DNA of 64,000 nucleotides from Schmidtea polychroa. Its lineage: Eukaryota. The stretch is taken from the NCBI GenBank assembly GCA_044892525.1, contig CM097886.1:128588001-128652000 (forward strand), in the 5' to 3' direction. Position 1 is the stretch's first letter, and every line of letters starts with the position of its first letter. The notes beneath the pieces were generated by a model. That model saw only the letters and a program-made list of their open reading frames with translations. It was not told the origin of the DNA and ran no database searches. Positions 47,652-60,800 of this stretch are shown here, piece by piece. The position numbers and the translations under genes are program-made.

Positions 47652-50600
47652 TGTTGGTATATGTGGGGAAAAGGAAATTATTGCACACATCATCATCTCA
47701 CACACCCTGCATCATTACCCGCTCAGATACTCCCCATACATACACCAAATGATCATGTACATATTCCCACGCATGAGCCCGTGGTGATGTTCCACGTTGG
47801 TGCTGCCCACACGGGTTGGAAAAGGTTAGCAGGTGAGCCTCTGCCTTAAGACTACTCCTAACCCTTTCTCGGTACGGGTTCTACGGTGCCTTAGAAGGTC
47901 TTACCCCTTGCTTCACACGAAATCCAGTCTGACCCTGGTCCGAAGGGACGACATTTAAGTTCGTAGCATATCTTCAGAAGTACCTTTCACTTAAATAAGT
48001 CACAGCAATCCATACATACTAGGGACAAAATCAAAGGATTTGAACAGTTATATTGAACAACAAAACCACAAAGAAATACATTTATCATTAAATAAATAAG
48101 CACAAAACATCAACGGGCGTATATAGGATAACGTCACTTCTTCGAGTTTCTTTATGCTGCACGAAAATATTTAACCACTGGAAGGGGTCATTACGGAAAC
48201 CCCTCGCCTTCCGCGATCATCGCGTCGATGTCGACGGGCAATCGGTGGTCGGACATATACTTAATACCTTCTGCTGGAATTATGCGAAAGATTTCCTTAG
48301 ATGGAATGGAATGGTTGGAGGATATTTCTTTTATGGTAAACTGAGCCACCGATAGGGACGCCTCGAGAGCAGCCATCGCGTCTCGGCGTTTCTGATTTTT
48401 CTCGGCTCGGGTCAGCCGTTTCCGTTTGCGGGACGACGGGTGGTTTTCAGTGTGCGGGGTGACGACGGGTGCCACCAGAATTGGATCCAAGATGGGGTCG
48501 GTAGGTCCACCTACCACAGGTTGAGAACCCGATAAAATTGGAGCTGGGATGGGCGGTAGGCACGATCCATGCCCTTGGCAGCTCGTAGTAGTTGGTTTGG
48601 ATACTTGGTGATGAAGAGGGAAAACGTTCGTTTTCTCTATGACGGGGAATTCCCGTACCCGCTTGGCTAGCTCTGCCTCCGTGTATACCTTGTGGAGGGC
48701 TTCTGATTGGGCTTTGATTGTAAGCCGTTGGCATCGGCTTTCCTCCAGCAAGCTATCTCTACAATGTTCTAGCCGCAATACTTTACTTCTCTCCTCCTTC
48801 ATTTGTGGCGGGGAGAACCACGTGCCTTCGTAAAGGTCGATTCTTTTCTTGAGAGCCCCGATGTAGAGGTGAAGCTGCGCGATGTCAGCATTTTTGTCCG
48901 CGCAGGAAAAACAAGGACGAAGAATTTTCTCGGTATTGATTGGGGTAGTCATCTAAAGATTAAAGATATCATATTTACTTTTCGCATTTAGTTGATCGAC
49001 GGTCATATTTGTGAAACGCGGGTTTTACCACCCTCATCCCTCATAAAATGAACTTAAAAGAAAAATTATCTCGCACATACATTCAACATTCGTCCATAAA
49101 CTCACGCATACCACAGATCATTCATGATAATTCGCACAAATCTCTTTAACCTATTTGAAAGAAAATGAGAATAGCCCCTTTAAATTTACTCGTCTATGTC
49201 AATCTGGTCGATTTTGGTTAAATATATTATTGCCGTCTCGCAACTGTTATTTTAGTATTATTAATCTGGCTTATTAAATTACCTAATTATTTTTCTTTGT
49301 ATTATGTCTCACCCGTTATCAAAATTTTAGTGTTATTGAATTAATAGAACGAGATAGTCCGATTTAGGTTCCTGACTGTATACAAAATTGATCGATTAAA
49401 CATATAGTTCGTAATTACTAATTTCACCCATTATTATTTTCAAGTGTTTGTTTTTAAATCTCTGCGGTAATGGTCGTCATAGCGATGTACCTAGTGAGTG
49501 TATGTACCATAATATGTTTATCTACTTACATTACGACTGCCGTGTGAAGATGTTATATCACTATACGAAAATTCGGCCTGCTCGTTGGTTTCTACACACA
49601 CTCTACTATCTCAGGTAAGGCCTGTTTCATTATGTAACTATGATGTCATATAGAACTCTCCTGATTGGAGTTGATGTCATCTTTGCTGGAACGAATTTCT
49701 CTACCGGGTGTGCGTGCATATGTTCGTGTGACGTTATCGATGGGAAGTTCTATTAGAGTTTTCATGAGTACACGCCTTACGTACGTGGGCGCCTGTGAGC
49801 TGCATGTGAACTGAAGCTGATTCTCTATTCTCCATGATGTTGTCAACTTAAGATAATAGCTGTCGCCGCGTTTAATGAGCTAATCGCAGTGGATATTATC
49901 ACGCTATCTTTCCTATCAAGTTCTCGTCGACCATCTCATTCGGTTAGCTATACTCTGACTGAAATTCATTTGACAATTAGACGATAATGCGGACAGCGGT
50001 TTCGTTCATATCCACCGTAAGTGTTCCGATTACTCCTCATGATTTATTTACTTTATTTTTCAGAGAAACGACGCTTATCAATAACCCGAGAGTCAATCAT
50101 TCGGCCTACAAGTGCAGTGACAATGGATTCAGCCGCCAACGCCCTGGCGATTCAAATCTCAAACAAAATATCGCAATAACCTAAATCTCCTTGAAAACTC
50201 CTCGCCCCACCGTCCAAGGACGCTCAACCCATTGTGATTCGAAAGCTTAAGGAGTACTATTTCTAATTGGAACTTAACCAAAGGTGATCGTGCACAAATA
50301 AACAGATTCTCGTCTCACGGTTTCTCCGAAAGATCTCGATGGATTTATTGCTTGCATCAAAGGCCAAAATTTCAGCTTCTCCAAAACAATGTTTTTCTAT
50401 GCCGAACGCAGACATCACTCCGTGACAGAATTTCCCGTGCGGTGGTAATATCGTCCGCCGGATGTCCTCACCCCTCCTGACCCACCTAAGGACGGCAATC
50501 ATCGCTGCCACCATCCTTAGACCGCCAGGAAGGACGATTCGATCTCCTCACTTCGTCGAAAAAGAAACTTTTGTGATAAATATGATTAAATAAATGGCAT

Positions 50601-51708
50601 GGTTTTATAAAACGATTGTTATAACAAAATTTACTTGTCTGGCGACCACGCCGTCTGAGTCTCGAATATGATGCCGTTCCACAATCATCACGATCGTTCG
50701 ATCATCTCTATTGCTATAAATCTAACTTCGTCCCGATTTTCAATGTCACTTCTAGCCGCCATCCTCGTGGCTTCTTCCACGGATTTATTTGATTTCCCGC
50801 ATCATATTGGAGTCCCAGACGACATCGTCGCCAGCACCATAGAGAGAGAGAGGAACATCTTTCGAAAATTAAAACATTTATTATACTAAAAGAGTTTATT
50901 TAATATCGAATTCATAGAAATATTGAATATCATCATCATAAAAGGCATTTAAATCAATCACCATACTTACTAAATAATATCCTTCGAGAGTGTCAAAAAC
51001 TGGTAAATGTTCGATAAATCGTTTTCCTTTTGGCTCCGCTAGATACTAGTAGTCGATTGTGTTTTCGTTGGATCGTAGTCGAAATGGTGTTCAAGATGCT
51101 GTAGAGTAGCGATTAAAAGTGGTCAAAATTAAAAAAATTTTTACCTGTAGAGTAGCGATTAAAAGTGGTACTCTACAGATTTTTCTCTTTCGTTATATAT
51201 TATTCTTCGTCCAATCAGGACGCGCCTTGTTTGTGATATTTTTTATTTATTATTATTTAGGGTTTTTTTATTGTAATGTGTTGGGTTTTAATAACTTTTC
51301 CTATTTGTATTAATATTTTATTTATTTTAGTATTTTTTTATTATTTTCCTCCCGTTTTTCCTGCGCGTTTATTGTCATTTTATCATAATATAATTCTTGT
51401 TTTAATTCGCCTATACCTTTATTTGAGGATTTCTGTTTTATTTTCTTAAATTTCTCGTTTATTTCTTACGTTTTTGTTATTTTATGTTTTTTCCTTTTCC
51501 TACCATGTGTGTTGGGTAATTTCACCTTATTTCGCCTTATGCATTCTATTGTTTTATTAGTTATTTTTATTTCTTTTATATTCTTATTTCTTTTATTGTT
51601 ATCTGCTTTAGTTATTCTTATATTTCTCGGGATTTTATTGAAAATTTGTTTTATCCTATTTATTCGTTCTTAGCCCGATTTTCGACACTCTCGAAGTTTA
51701 GCCCAACA
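47652..51708 (-). mobile_element. Solo LTR (4057 bp) related to the LTR at 8042-12363
   Basis: Perfect TGTTGG...CCAACA termini and 4 bp ATAT on both flanks. The minus-strand start TGTTGGGCTA is shared with 12363, both have an A-rich first ~500 bp, and the homologous ORF is at an equivalent position. No PBS or internal region adjacent. Confidence 0.85.
48191..48952 (-). CDS. LTR-encoded TWFSP-family protein, 253 aa
   Basis: Intact GC-rich ORF with CFSC, a coiled coil, TWFSP, a Pro-rich linker and RKRKRL. Homologous to 8444-8902. Confidence 0.8.
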   Translation of the reverse strand: MTTPINTEKILRPCFSCADKNADIAQLHLYIGALKKRIDLYEGTWFSPPQMKEERSKVLRLEHCRDSLLEESRCQRLTIKAQSEALHKVYTEAELAKRVREFPVIEKTNVFPLHHQVSKPTTTSCQGHGSCLPPIPAPILSGSQPVVGGPTDPILDPILVAPVVTPHTENHPSSRKRKRLTRAEKNQKRRDAMAALEASLSVAQFTIKEISSNHSIPSKEIFRIIPAEGIKYMSDHRLPVDIDAMIAEGEGFP

Positions 51709-53414
51709 ATATTTTCTAAAAAATATTCTTAGATACTATTAGTAAAAGCAAAAATAGTTAAATAAATGATTCTAAAAAAGATAATTCAATTGCCATACAA
51801 ATAACCGGGCCAAGCTATTCTGATTGGCTCCGACTCCATCAACTTATAATTTCGTAAAACTACAGGCTCCGGTTCCACAGCACTGGTTTTGAGATAAATT
51901 TCTGAAATACTAAGGAAATATTAAATTAATTTTAAATTTTAAAATAAATCTTGCTTCAATATCTTATTTTCACAGAAGCTCAATTTTTTCGCCATCTTTA
52001 TCTTCTAAAAATTGTTTAAAATAAAATTATTTTAGGAGTGTATCTCATTGCCTCATAAATACATTGCGTGCAGTATTTATTTTTCTAACTTTTTCAATTT
52101 CTACAGTGTACTGTACCTCATTGCACTTGGAAAGAATAACATCAAAGCGAGTAGGTATGTTTCTATATAACGTTATTGATTTTTCTTATGTTAAAAAATC
52201 TCTATCTCAATGGAGTTTGTGTAGTTATAAGGTGTGCATCCGCCATGTATATATTGAATGATTTTCTTATGTGTCAACCTGCAGAAAATATTTTTTCATT
52301 AATTAATATTTTCATATTTTAAAAAATCTTCAACCTACTAATATGTCCAGTAAAAGTGGAGCAGAATACAGAAAATATAAAAAACGAATGGAAAAGGAAT
52401 CATTTAAACATACTGCACAGTGGGAAACTTGAGAATCTTTTGTTTAAATGATTCGCTTCAATGTTCTATTTCTGTAATACTTCAGAAAATTTTCAATTTA
52501 ATTATTATTATAATAAGTCTTTTAACATATATCAACGACATCACTTCTATTTCTGTCGTTTTTTATTTTCTTTTTTAAAATAAATCAATTTTTTTCACTT
52601 CATTGTCTATTTTCTTTATTGTTGATTTTTTATTTTATTTAACTTATTTACTTAATTATTTATTTTTACCGTACAATCGTATTTTTTAATTTTACTTTAC
52701 ATATTTATTTTCCCATTCATCTTCATAGTTCAATTCCCAACAGGTTTGGCAGAATTGAAATAAAATCAATATTTTGGAAAATTCAATGCTGAAAATTCGT
52801 GTTAAATAAAATTAAAACAAAATATCGATATATTCTAATAATTGCGAAACAATTAAAACAAAACTAAGACCAATTCATATATTTGGAAAAGAAAAAATCA
52901 CAATTTATCTGATAGTTGCACAGGAAACCAAAGCTACGACAGAAAAGTTTGAGAAAGTTAAATGAGAGATTTCTCGCCATTCAGGATATGACTCGATCAG
53001 ATTTGTAACAATCTTTTTCTTTCGCTTCTTTATTTTTCTTTCTGATTTCATAAATTTGTCGATTGTCTTTGACGCGTTGAATCAGTGACTCAAATGTCAA
53101 AGTGCTGCCACTGTCGACGGTGCGGAATTGGTTCAGTCGTCTCGGCACCTGAATTTAGCCAATCAATAATTATCACTCACAAAATCATTAGCAATGAAAA
53201 ATCGAGCCTCCCAAAAGTCTAGCGAATATGAACACTCGTGTGCTTTTGTTAAAGTTTTGATGGTGTCAAAAACTGAATTATGTAATCAATCATTCGAAAT
53301 TTTACATTTTGCAATCTAATTGGTTAATTCTGATGACTCGAGTCTATGTGCACACAATTACAATTGGTTGTTGGTAATACTGTCACGTTGGAAACGGGGA
53401 ATTTATTATATTAA

Positions 53415-53599
53415 CCCCTTCAGACCTGAATTATTGTGAATGGAGAAAAAAAACTTTTTAGCAATTATTGGCCAAAATGGTAAGCTTAAAACACATGTAT
53501 GATAAAGATAATATATTTATAAAGTAAAATATATTAAATAAGGAATCTATAAGGTTTTAAATGTTATGTGCATAATTCTGCACACGGGGTCTGAAGGGG
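53415..53599. mobile_element. piggyBac-type MITE
   Basis: TTAA-CCCCTTCAGACC ... GGTCTGAAGGGG-TTAA. Confidence 0.85.
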
Positions 53600-54389
53600 T
53601 TAAACAAATTGTGATTTTGAGAGCATTTAAACAATCATTTTACCTCGAAAATATCTTCAGCATCTTTGCAATGAGTTTTCCCGTGTACAACGAGATCAAT
53701 CTGGACAAATTCATGAAATGAAATCAAAAAATTTACAAATTTACATTCAACATTTCCATCATGTCTTCTGTAATTTTATAGGGAGGACAAATCACAACAT
53801 TCGATACAAACTGGAATTAATCAAATAATAATAGCAATTATTATTATTATTATCTACTTTGCAACTGAGTACTGATAATACTCGTTCATAGAGATTCATA
53901 ATTGGATATTTCAATCCATAGATACTCTTGACTGACTAAAGACAATAAAAAACGATTTGAGGATAATTGAACACCGAGACAAACAACTGACCTCATCTGA
54001 ATAAACACCTACAATCACATACGTTCCAAGTTTGTAACATTCTTCAAGGAACATGCAATGACCAACATCTGAAATCAAAAGTTATACCAATCATACCAAA
54101 GAGAATAATTGTCAATTCTATATATACAATTCTATATTCAATTCTATATTTACATAAAGGAAATTTCACTAAATTGATAATAATGGATTGTTGGAGACAA
54201 GTTATCTGGGAAATGGCGCCTTTCCATCTCAAATATATTTAAACCCATTTTACGCGGTCATAAAAAATAATATTTTTTAATGAAATCAAATATATTTGGT
54301 TTCCAGTGTCTCTCAAATGCATATATTGCATAAAATTACCCACAAACCAAATAAATTTACATGTAAAGATATTTCTGAAATTTTACAAT

Positions 54390-54990
54390 TGGCCAGAAAA
54401 TAAGGTTTTGGCCACTGATCCTGATATTGACCGTGCTGTTAAATTTCAGCTAGACATTAAAAGCCTTGGCGCGAAATACAGTGAAATTTAAAAAGATTTA
54501 AAAAAACAAAACACAAAAATTGGTTACAGACTATTTAATAAGACGAGAAGAGCACGCTACTGGATTTGAATCCGATGATAGTAGCGATTTCGAGCCAACC
54601 AAAAAGAAAAAATTGGTTGAATTAGAATATAGTAGTGAGGAGGCGGAATAATTAAATTACAATTATTCCTTTTAATATACCTTTTAACTATGAACATGTT
54701 ATAAATTTTACAATTTAAAATTTAAATGTCGATTTTTTAAATCTATTTCTAAATAAAATTGTATTTTTTATGCCTCGTTTAACGCGAATTTCTGGAACCT
54801 ATCCCCTTACTTTATATGAACTCGAAGTCTCGATTTACGCAGATTTTTATTTTCTGGAACCTATCTATCATTTCAGATCTATATATTTTGTATAAAATAA
54901 ATAAATAAATCTATCTATCTATATATTTTGTATGAATTTGAAGTCTCGATTTACGCGGTTTCGATTTGCGGGTTAGTTTCTTGGAACGTA
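54390..54990 (+). mobile_element. Tigger/pogo-like remnant
   Basis: VLATDPDIDRAVKFQLDIK and acidic ESDDSSDFEP tail fragments, plus repeated TCGATTTACGC...TGGAAC(C/G)TATCT subterminal-like motifs. Confidence 0.4.
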
Positions 54991-56387
54991 TCTATTTATT
55001 TTTAGGGTATTGATTTGTAGAAACAAAAAATGAAATAGTTGATCATTGTTCCTAGTTGAAATAGTTTCTACATATTTTTGTAATAATTACTAAATACGTA
55101 TTAGAAAATGTTGGAACGAAAAGATAGTGTAAAATATATGACAAAAATTCAAGAAGGAATTTATCTATGGATAAAAAAGATTGAAAGTAATTTGAAAAAT
55201 AGAAAATGAGAACGTCAAGTAGATGTATGCCGTGAGTTGAATTTACTCGGAGCAACCGATTTTGAACGCGCTGGTTTTATCAAGAGAGTTTTATCAAGTT
55301 TTATCAAATAATCTTACTCCGTGAACTGAACTATTAAAAAAGAAACAATCGAATCGGCGGCAGGGTACGTTGGAACGATTTTGCAAGGAATAAAATTTAA
55401 TGAATTAAAAGAGATTTGAATTTATTATTTTTTTGTTAAATTTTTGGATTTTTTTATTTTAATAAGCAAAAATCTATTTATTATAGTTACATATTGAACT
55501 GAATTAAATTTACGTACAATTTATTAATGCAAAATTTATTATAAACACTAAAAAACTAACCGTAGAAACATAGTTTTTAAAACTCTTTATATCTCTCTCT
55601 TTTACATTCTCTCAAACTTAAAATTTCAATATGTGTGCTCAATGCTATGAAATATTTAATATCACGCAAAATCACCTAACCTAGTTAAGAAAAATTACTT
55701 TGAAAGGAACATTTTATTAATATTTTGAAAATATTATTAAATTGAAAGTTTTCAAAAAAGTTTTTCGACTTCTGGGCAATCAATAGTAATAAATTAAATA
55801 GTAATAAAATAATAAATTACTAACGAAAGAGATCAAAGGATCCTGGTACATATAAAACCTTTTCTCCAGGTCGAGGTCCTCTGATAAATTGCTGGAACTG
55901 AGCGATCTGAAGTGAGCTTGGGAGAAATCCAAAACCTTTTGTGTAACTGCTGATATTCTAAATATTGGTAATAAATATGAGATCTTGTTGTTCATTTGAT
56001 TTTGAAATAAAAATGATTTCCAGTGATTTTTACATAAAAATAAAACGTATTGACCTCGGTTAAAGGCATTTAGAAAAAGCATTAAAAGAGATCATCATGT
56101 CAGAATAGAAGAATCTTATCAATAGCGAGTAGCAAATATTCATAATTCAGTTAGAAAAGCAGTCGCCCAAAGCTATTCAAAATTTTTTTTTTCTATTATA
56201 CAGTTGTAATGTTCATGCTAATATTTATTATTTTTATTGTCATTTATTTTCCTCACAAACAAATCAAAACTGGAAATGAATTCTCTATATTAAATTTAAT
56301 AATAAATTTACTAAAAAAATTAATTATAAGAACTTCTTTCGATTTTCACCTCTGATTTCTTTTCAATTGGCATTGTTTTTATAATAA

Positions 56388-56555
56388 AATTGACTATGAA
56401 TCAGTAAAGATATCGATGTTTTTTTGGTATTCACGAATTTTCGGCACAGCCTTTTTCAACTGATTTTAGATTAAAAACAATCACTTAAAAAGGGCAGTGC
56501 CGAAAATTCCTGAATATCAAAAAACATCGATATCTTGACTGATTCATAGTCAATT
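56388..56555. repeat. Hairpin MITE with ~70 bp imperfect arms
   Basis: AATTGACTATGAATCAGT.AAGATATCGATGTTTTTTG...TTTTCGGCAC is inverted at 56487-56555. Its left ~80 bp recurs at ~57327-57407. Confidence 0.8.
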
Positions 56556-58576
56556 GTTTTATAAATATAAAGAAATTAAAATAATATCAACCTAAAAATT
56601 AAAAATTGAGGAGCTCATTCAGGGAATTCCTTGTATCAAATTATTCTCAACAGAACTAATTAGAAACCTAATAAAGAATAAATATTTTCCTTGGTCAAAA
56701 TATTCTTAATCGAATTAATTAGAGAATGCCAAGATGGAATTAATCTTTTCAGCTTCAAAGCAATAAACGTTCTTTTTACTTTTGCTAAATAAAGTTTACG
56801 TTACACTATATGACTCTAATTGTACGCACTCCAATGGATCAGATACATTATATGGGAGATGTTACTAGGCTCAACAAATTTCCATGGTCATACATATTTA
56901 TTACATAATATATGGAGTATCTCCTAGGTGAGGTAATTTAGATTTTTAGTTATGAGTAATATCTAATTAACCCAGTCACTGTTATATCTTATTGGTGATA
57001 GGCGGTGCGAACCCCGCCGGTTAAAATAGATATTGCAATCACTTATATACTGAAATTAAAAGGAGTAATAAGATATAAAAATTGCTGAAAAAGGTAGAAT
57101 ACAGATTAGAGCTGTTGAGATAAACCAGAAGAGAAAATTGAGAGCTGGGATATATAATTAATTGGGAAATTATTAAATGAATTTAAACAATATATTGTGT
57201 AAATTTAGTCATTCAGTGGGGGGGGGGGAGCGGGAGTAGGGTTAGTGCAAGATTTATTGAACCAATCTGACTCAATCTCTGCTGAAAGGTTCATAAATAG
57301 TGTACCTTTAAATATATATATAATAAGAACATTTTTCAATTTTCACCTCTGATTTCTTTTCAATCGACATTGTATTTATTAAAAAATTGACTATGAATCA
57401 GTAAAGAATTGTCACCCTCCCTCCGCAAGTACCACGGCGTTTCTGGGGTTTCCAGTAGCACTAGACACTCATCTCGATGCAGAAATCATTTCCCATTCGC
57501 CCTCACTGAGACCAGGTGTGAAAATCACACGAAATAAAAAGAATAATTAGCACAGTTTGTGCTAGTTACAAATAGTCAATAAGCAATCATGCGAGAACAT
57601 AATTTACACCGCAGCGCATCGGAAAATCAATACCGATGATTCGCGTGGATAAATTAATTGATTTAATTATTGATAATTAATTATTTTCCCAATAATATTT
57701 AATCAATTAATAACGATTTTAATGAAAAAATATTGATCATACCATTGTAGCAAATTCTCCGTTCTCAGCTGCACAGCCGTTTTCTTTCGATGCTTGTAAG
57801 AGTCTGAATGAAACCCCATTAAACCAATAACATAGACAAATTATTCATCTCAGTTTTATTGTCCACATATCAGGGGCCCAATTTCCACTTATTAATTAGA
57901 ATTAACTAATGCAAAATAGTAAGCAAAAAAATTTATTGTTTGCAGAAGTAGCTAGGAAACTCAATTTTGATGTTTTGTGATGTACTTTCTCTGGATAAAG
58001 ATTGAATAGTAAAAGCTTACAAGCTAACTCAATAAAAACAGAATCCTTGGATTAAAACTGAAAAATAAAATCTGATTTTTTCCTGAGAACATTTTAAGTC
58101 ACATTTTGACTTTAAATGAATTTTACAAGGGGTCCCTAAAATCGAGTAGTCATCAGTGCTAATTAAGTAAATCGTCAATTATAGGAGTTTCAAATAAAAT
58201 TGAACATCTTTGTACTTTTAACCAGTTACTAATATAAAAAGTGTTGTGATATTCAATGCAATTTCCAAAAGCAAGCTACTTTTCAGTAGAAACTGCGCCC
58301 AAGACGCAAACCTTTTTGGTCCTCCTAAATATTGAGAGTCCAAAGTTGGTAGTGTGCAACTTATGTGCAAAAATCCACGAAGTTTTAACACTAAAAATGA
58401 TAAAATCACCAGACAAAAGCTTTCAACTCGTAAACTTCAGCTGGCGACAGTTGTGGCTGACAAGTTTGACGTTGTTTTGAATAAAAATGAACAAATAAAT
58501 TACATTAATATACTTTTATATGCATGCTAAAGTGTAAAAATATAAAATATAGTATATATTTAAAAAAAATCTTTAA

Positions 58577-58800
58577 CCCTTTATAGGGAAAAGGCTGAAA
58601 TTGGTTAATATATTAACCAGTTGCTTTAAGGTCTAAATTTCTAATACCGCTCATATAAACATCAAATTTAATATACTTTGCCGAGAACGCTCTTTGGTTA
58701 ATTTATTGTTCTAACTGCTTGAAGTTTGCGTTTTTAAGTAGAAATCCTCTTTTATTAGTAAAAATTCATATTCCAAATAATTAATTGGTCCTATAAAGGG
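58577..58800. mobile_element. piggyBac-type MITE
   Basis: TTAA-CCCTTTATAGG ... CCTATAAAGGG-TTAA. Confidence 0.85.
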
Positions 58801-59611
58801 TTAAAGTCAAAATTTAAAGATGTTATTTTCTATATTTAATTTCTTTAAATTTCATTTGTTTCGGGGCCCTAGACTTGCACTTAGTGTTTCTATGCGTAAG
58901 TGTGCCGCTGCTGCTTTGATCTGATATGACTCACATCAGTACCATTTCAACTACCCAGAGATCTTGGAAACATTTCTAAGAACCAGGTCACTCTGACACA
59001 GACCAAATTAAAAAGCTTTTCATTAGAAATTGCAATGAATATCACAATGCGCTTAATTTTAACCAATTTAGTCACCGGATAACAATTTGATTTCATTCAA
59101 TTGCAGTTTACCCCAATTGGATGCTGTTTATGTATTTACACCTATCAGGTGCTACAATGATGACATGAGGGTCCCATACGCCTACTGTGCAAGATTTCGA
59201 ATGTATTAGGTCCTCAGACTTGATTGCAAGATAACATTTAAATATGAAATATAAATTAAGCTACAATATTTAAAAAGTATTTATTTAAAAAAAAAGTCAG
59301 TCGGGTAAGTATTTATTTTATTAGGAATGAATTCACAATTTAATGGGATAAATAGTTGCAAAACAAACAAAAGTGAGGAGCAAATGTTATTATCTTAATT
59401 ATTTACAACAATTATTATCAAGTCAGACTAATATTTCATTGAAAATTTGTTTTATTTACGTTATTAAACTATTCGATTCTTCCTTGATTTCTTCTGATCG
59501 TTGAAGCACTCGCAAATCGTGCAAGTCACTGAGAGACCTATTCTTTTAAAGACGGAACCTGTCGGTGTTTAGGATATAGCAATATGCAATACATCACGGT
59601 AATAATCAATA

Positions 59612-59757
59612 NNNNNNNNNNNNNNNNNNNNNNNNNNNNNNNNNNNNNNNNNNNNNNNNNNNNNNNNNNNNNNNNNNNNNNNNNNNNNNNNNNNNNNNNN
59701 NNNNNNNNNNNNNNNNNNNNNNNNNNNNNNNNNNNNNNNNNNNNNNNNNNNNNNNNN
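59612..59757. other. Assembly gap (N run)
   Basis: Direct reading. Confidence 1.
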
Positions 59758-60035
59758 TGTTCGCTTCGCTTCACCAACCCCGTTAGAACGTGGCGTTAAT
59801 GTTAAAGTTAATAACCAGGGTATACAGGAATAAGATTCGGTTTATTAATATAATAAAAGATAATAGCATAAACCATTTCAAAGTAATATAGAACGATAAG
59901 TACAAAAAATTAAATACATCAGAAAAAAATTAAAAATGACAACTGAAAAAAAAATTAATATCTATAACACAAATTTTCTCGTACAAACATTTCCTTATTA
60001 AAGTAAAATTCGGATGGAGGGGACCCTCAGCTTTT
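59758..60035 (-). mobile_element. Second copy of the Helitron/HINE-like repeat, between two gaps
   Basis: Homologous to 44148-44372; also carries a TCGCTTCGCT motif. Confidence 0.55.
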
Positions 60036-60219
60036 NNNNNNNNNNNNNNNNNNNNNNNNNNNNNNNNNNNNNNNNNNNNNNNNNNNNNNNNNNNNNNNNN
60101 NNNNNNNNNNNNNNNNNNNNNNNNNNNNNNNNNNNNNNNNNNNNNNNNNNNNNNNNNNNNNNNNNNNNNNNNNNNNNNNNNNNNNNNNNNNNNNNNNNNN
60201 NNNNNNNNNNNNNNNNNNN
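60036..60219. other. Assembly gap (N run)
   Basis: Direct reading. Confidence 1.
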
Positions 60220-60229
60220 TACTCGTCAT

Positions 60230-60800
60230 AAGGCGGCAGTCAAGAGTAGTAGTCATAATTCATTTTATGTTAACAGGAGTATTCGTGTGTTTGACGAACG
60301 TTTTACAGAAATTGTAAAACAGCTGGAGAACTTGACAAAATCAGCCAATGCCAAAACCAAACAAACTGCATATCAGTAGCTATGTGATTCACGTGCAGTT
60401 TGGAGTTCAGTCTGCAATTAACGTTTCGTGCAGACCGAAGTAAGTTTGATGAAAGATACCATGACATTTTTATAGCTACAAGTAACCTGACAGACGAGAT
60501 TAGAGTAGACCTGAAACCTCCAAGGCAAGCCCGAAGGCAAACCAACAGAGCAAATTCTCAGATTGATGATTGACACTTCAAAGTTACTGTGTATATTCCA
60601 TATTTGGATATTCCGGTATCATCACTTGATACGTTTCACTGAAGAAAACAAACCCATATACAACCTTCTATCCCTTCACTTTTGTTGAATGGCCATACTA
60701 AACAGAAATAAAATCAAAGACCATGTCAAATCCGTCGTCCCATCTGTACAAGCTGATCAGGCTCTCATGGCCGGGGCCTATAGCACATTCGTTAGTCATA
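60230..60800 (+). pseudogene. hAT (P52rIPK/ZMYM1-like) transposase remnant
   Basis: DLKPPRQARRQTNRAN...HFKVTVYIPYLD matches the hAT 'LPR...RQ..R.N...YY....YIPFLD' segment. Many stops. Confidence 0.7.

Larger units (their letters stand above)
47165..51885. mobile_element. hAT-type MITE (~660 bp) split by a solo LTR
   Basis: TIRs are CAGAGCTGTGGAGCCG and the reverse complement CAGTGCTGTGGAACCG. 8 bp TSD GTTTTGAC / GTTTTGAG. Confidence 0.85.

Noticed and set aside
50640-50653. 14 bp match TGGCGACCACGCCG to the PBS region of the small Gypsy element
   Set aside because: No adjacent LTR end or gag; treated as coincidence or an unresolvable relic.
50263-50850. GC-rich minus-strand ORF pieces in the solo LTR as an ORF-A counterpart
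   Set aside because: Broken by stops, with no visible similarity to ORF-A and no AT-hook.
59538-60379. ORFs containing X runs
   Set aside because: Artefacts of translation through assembly gaps.
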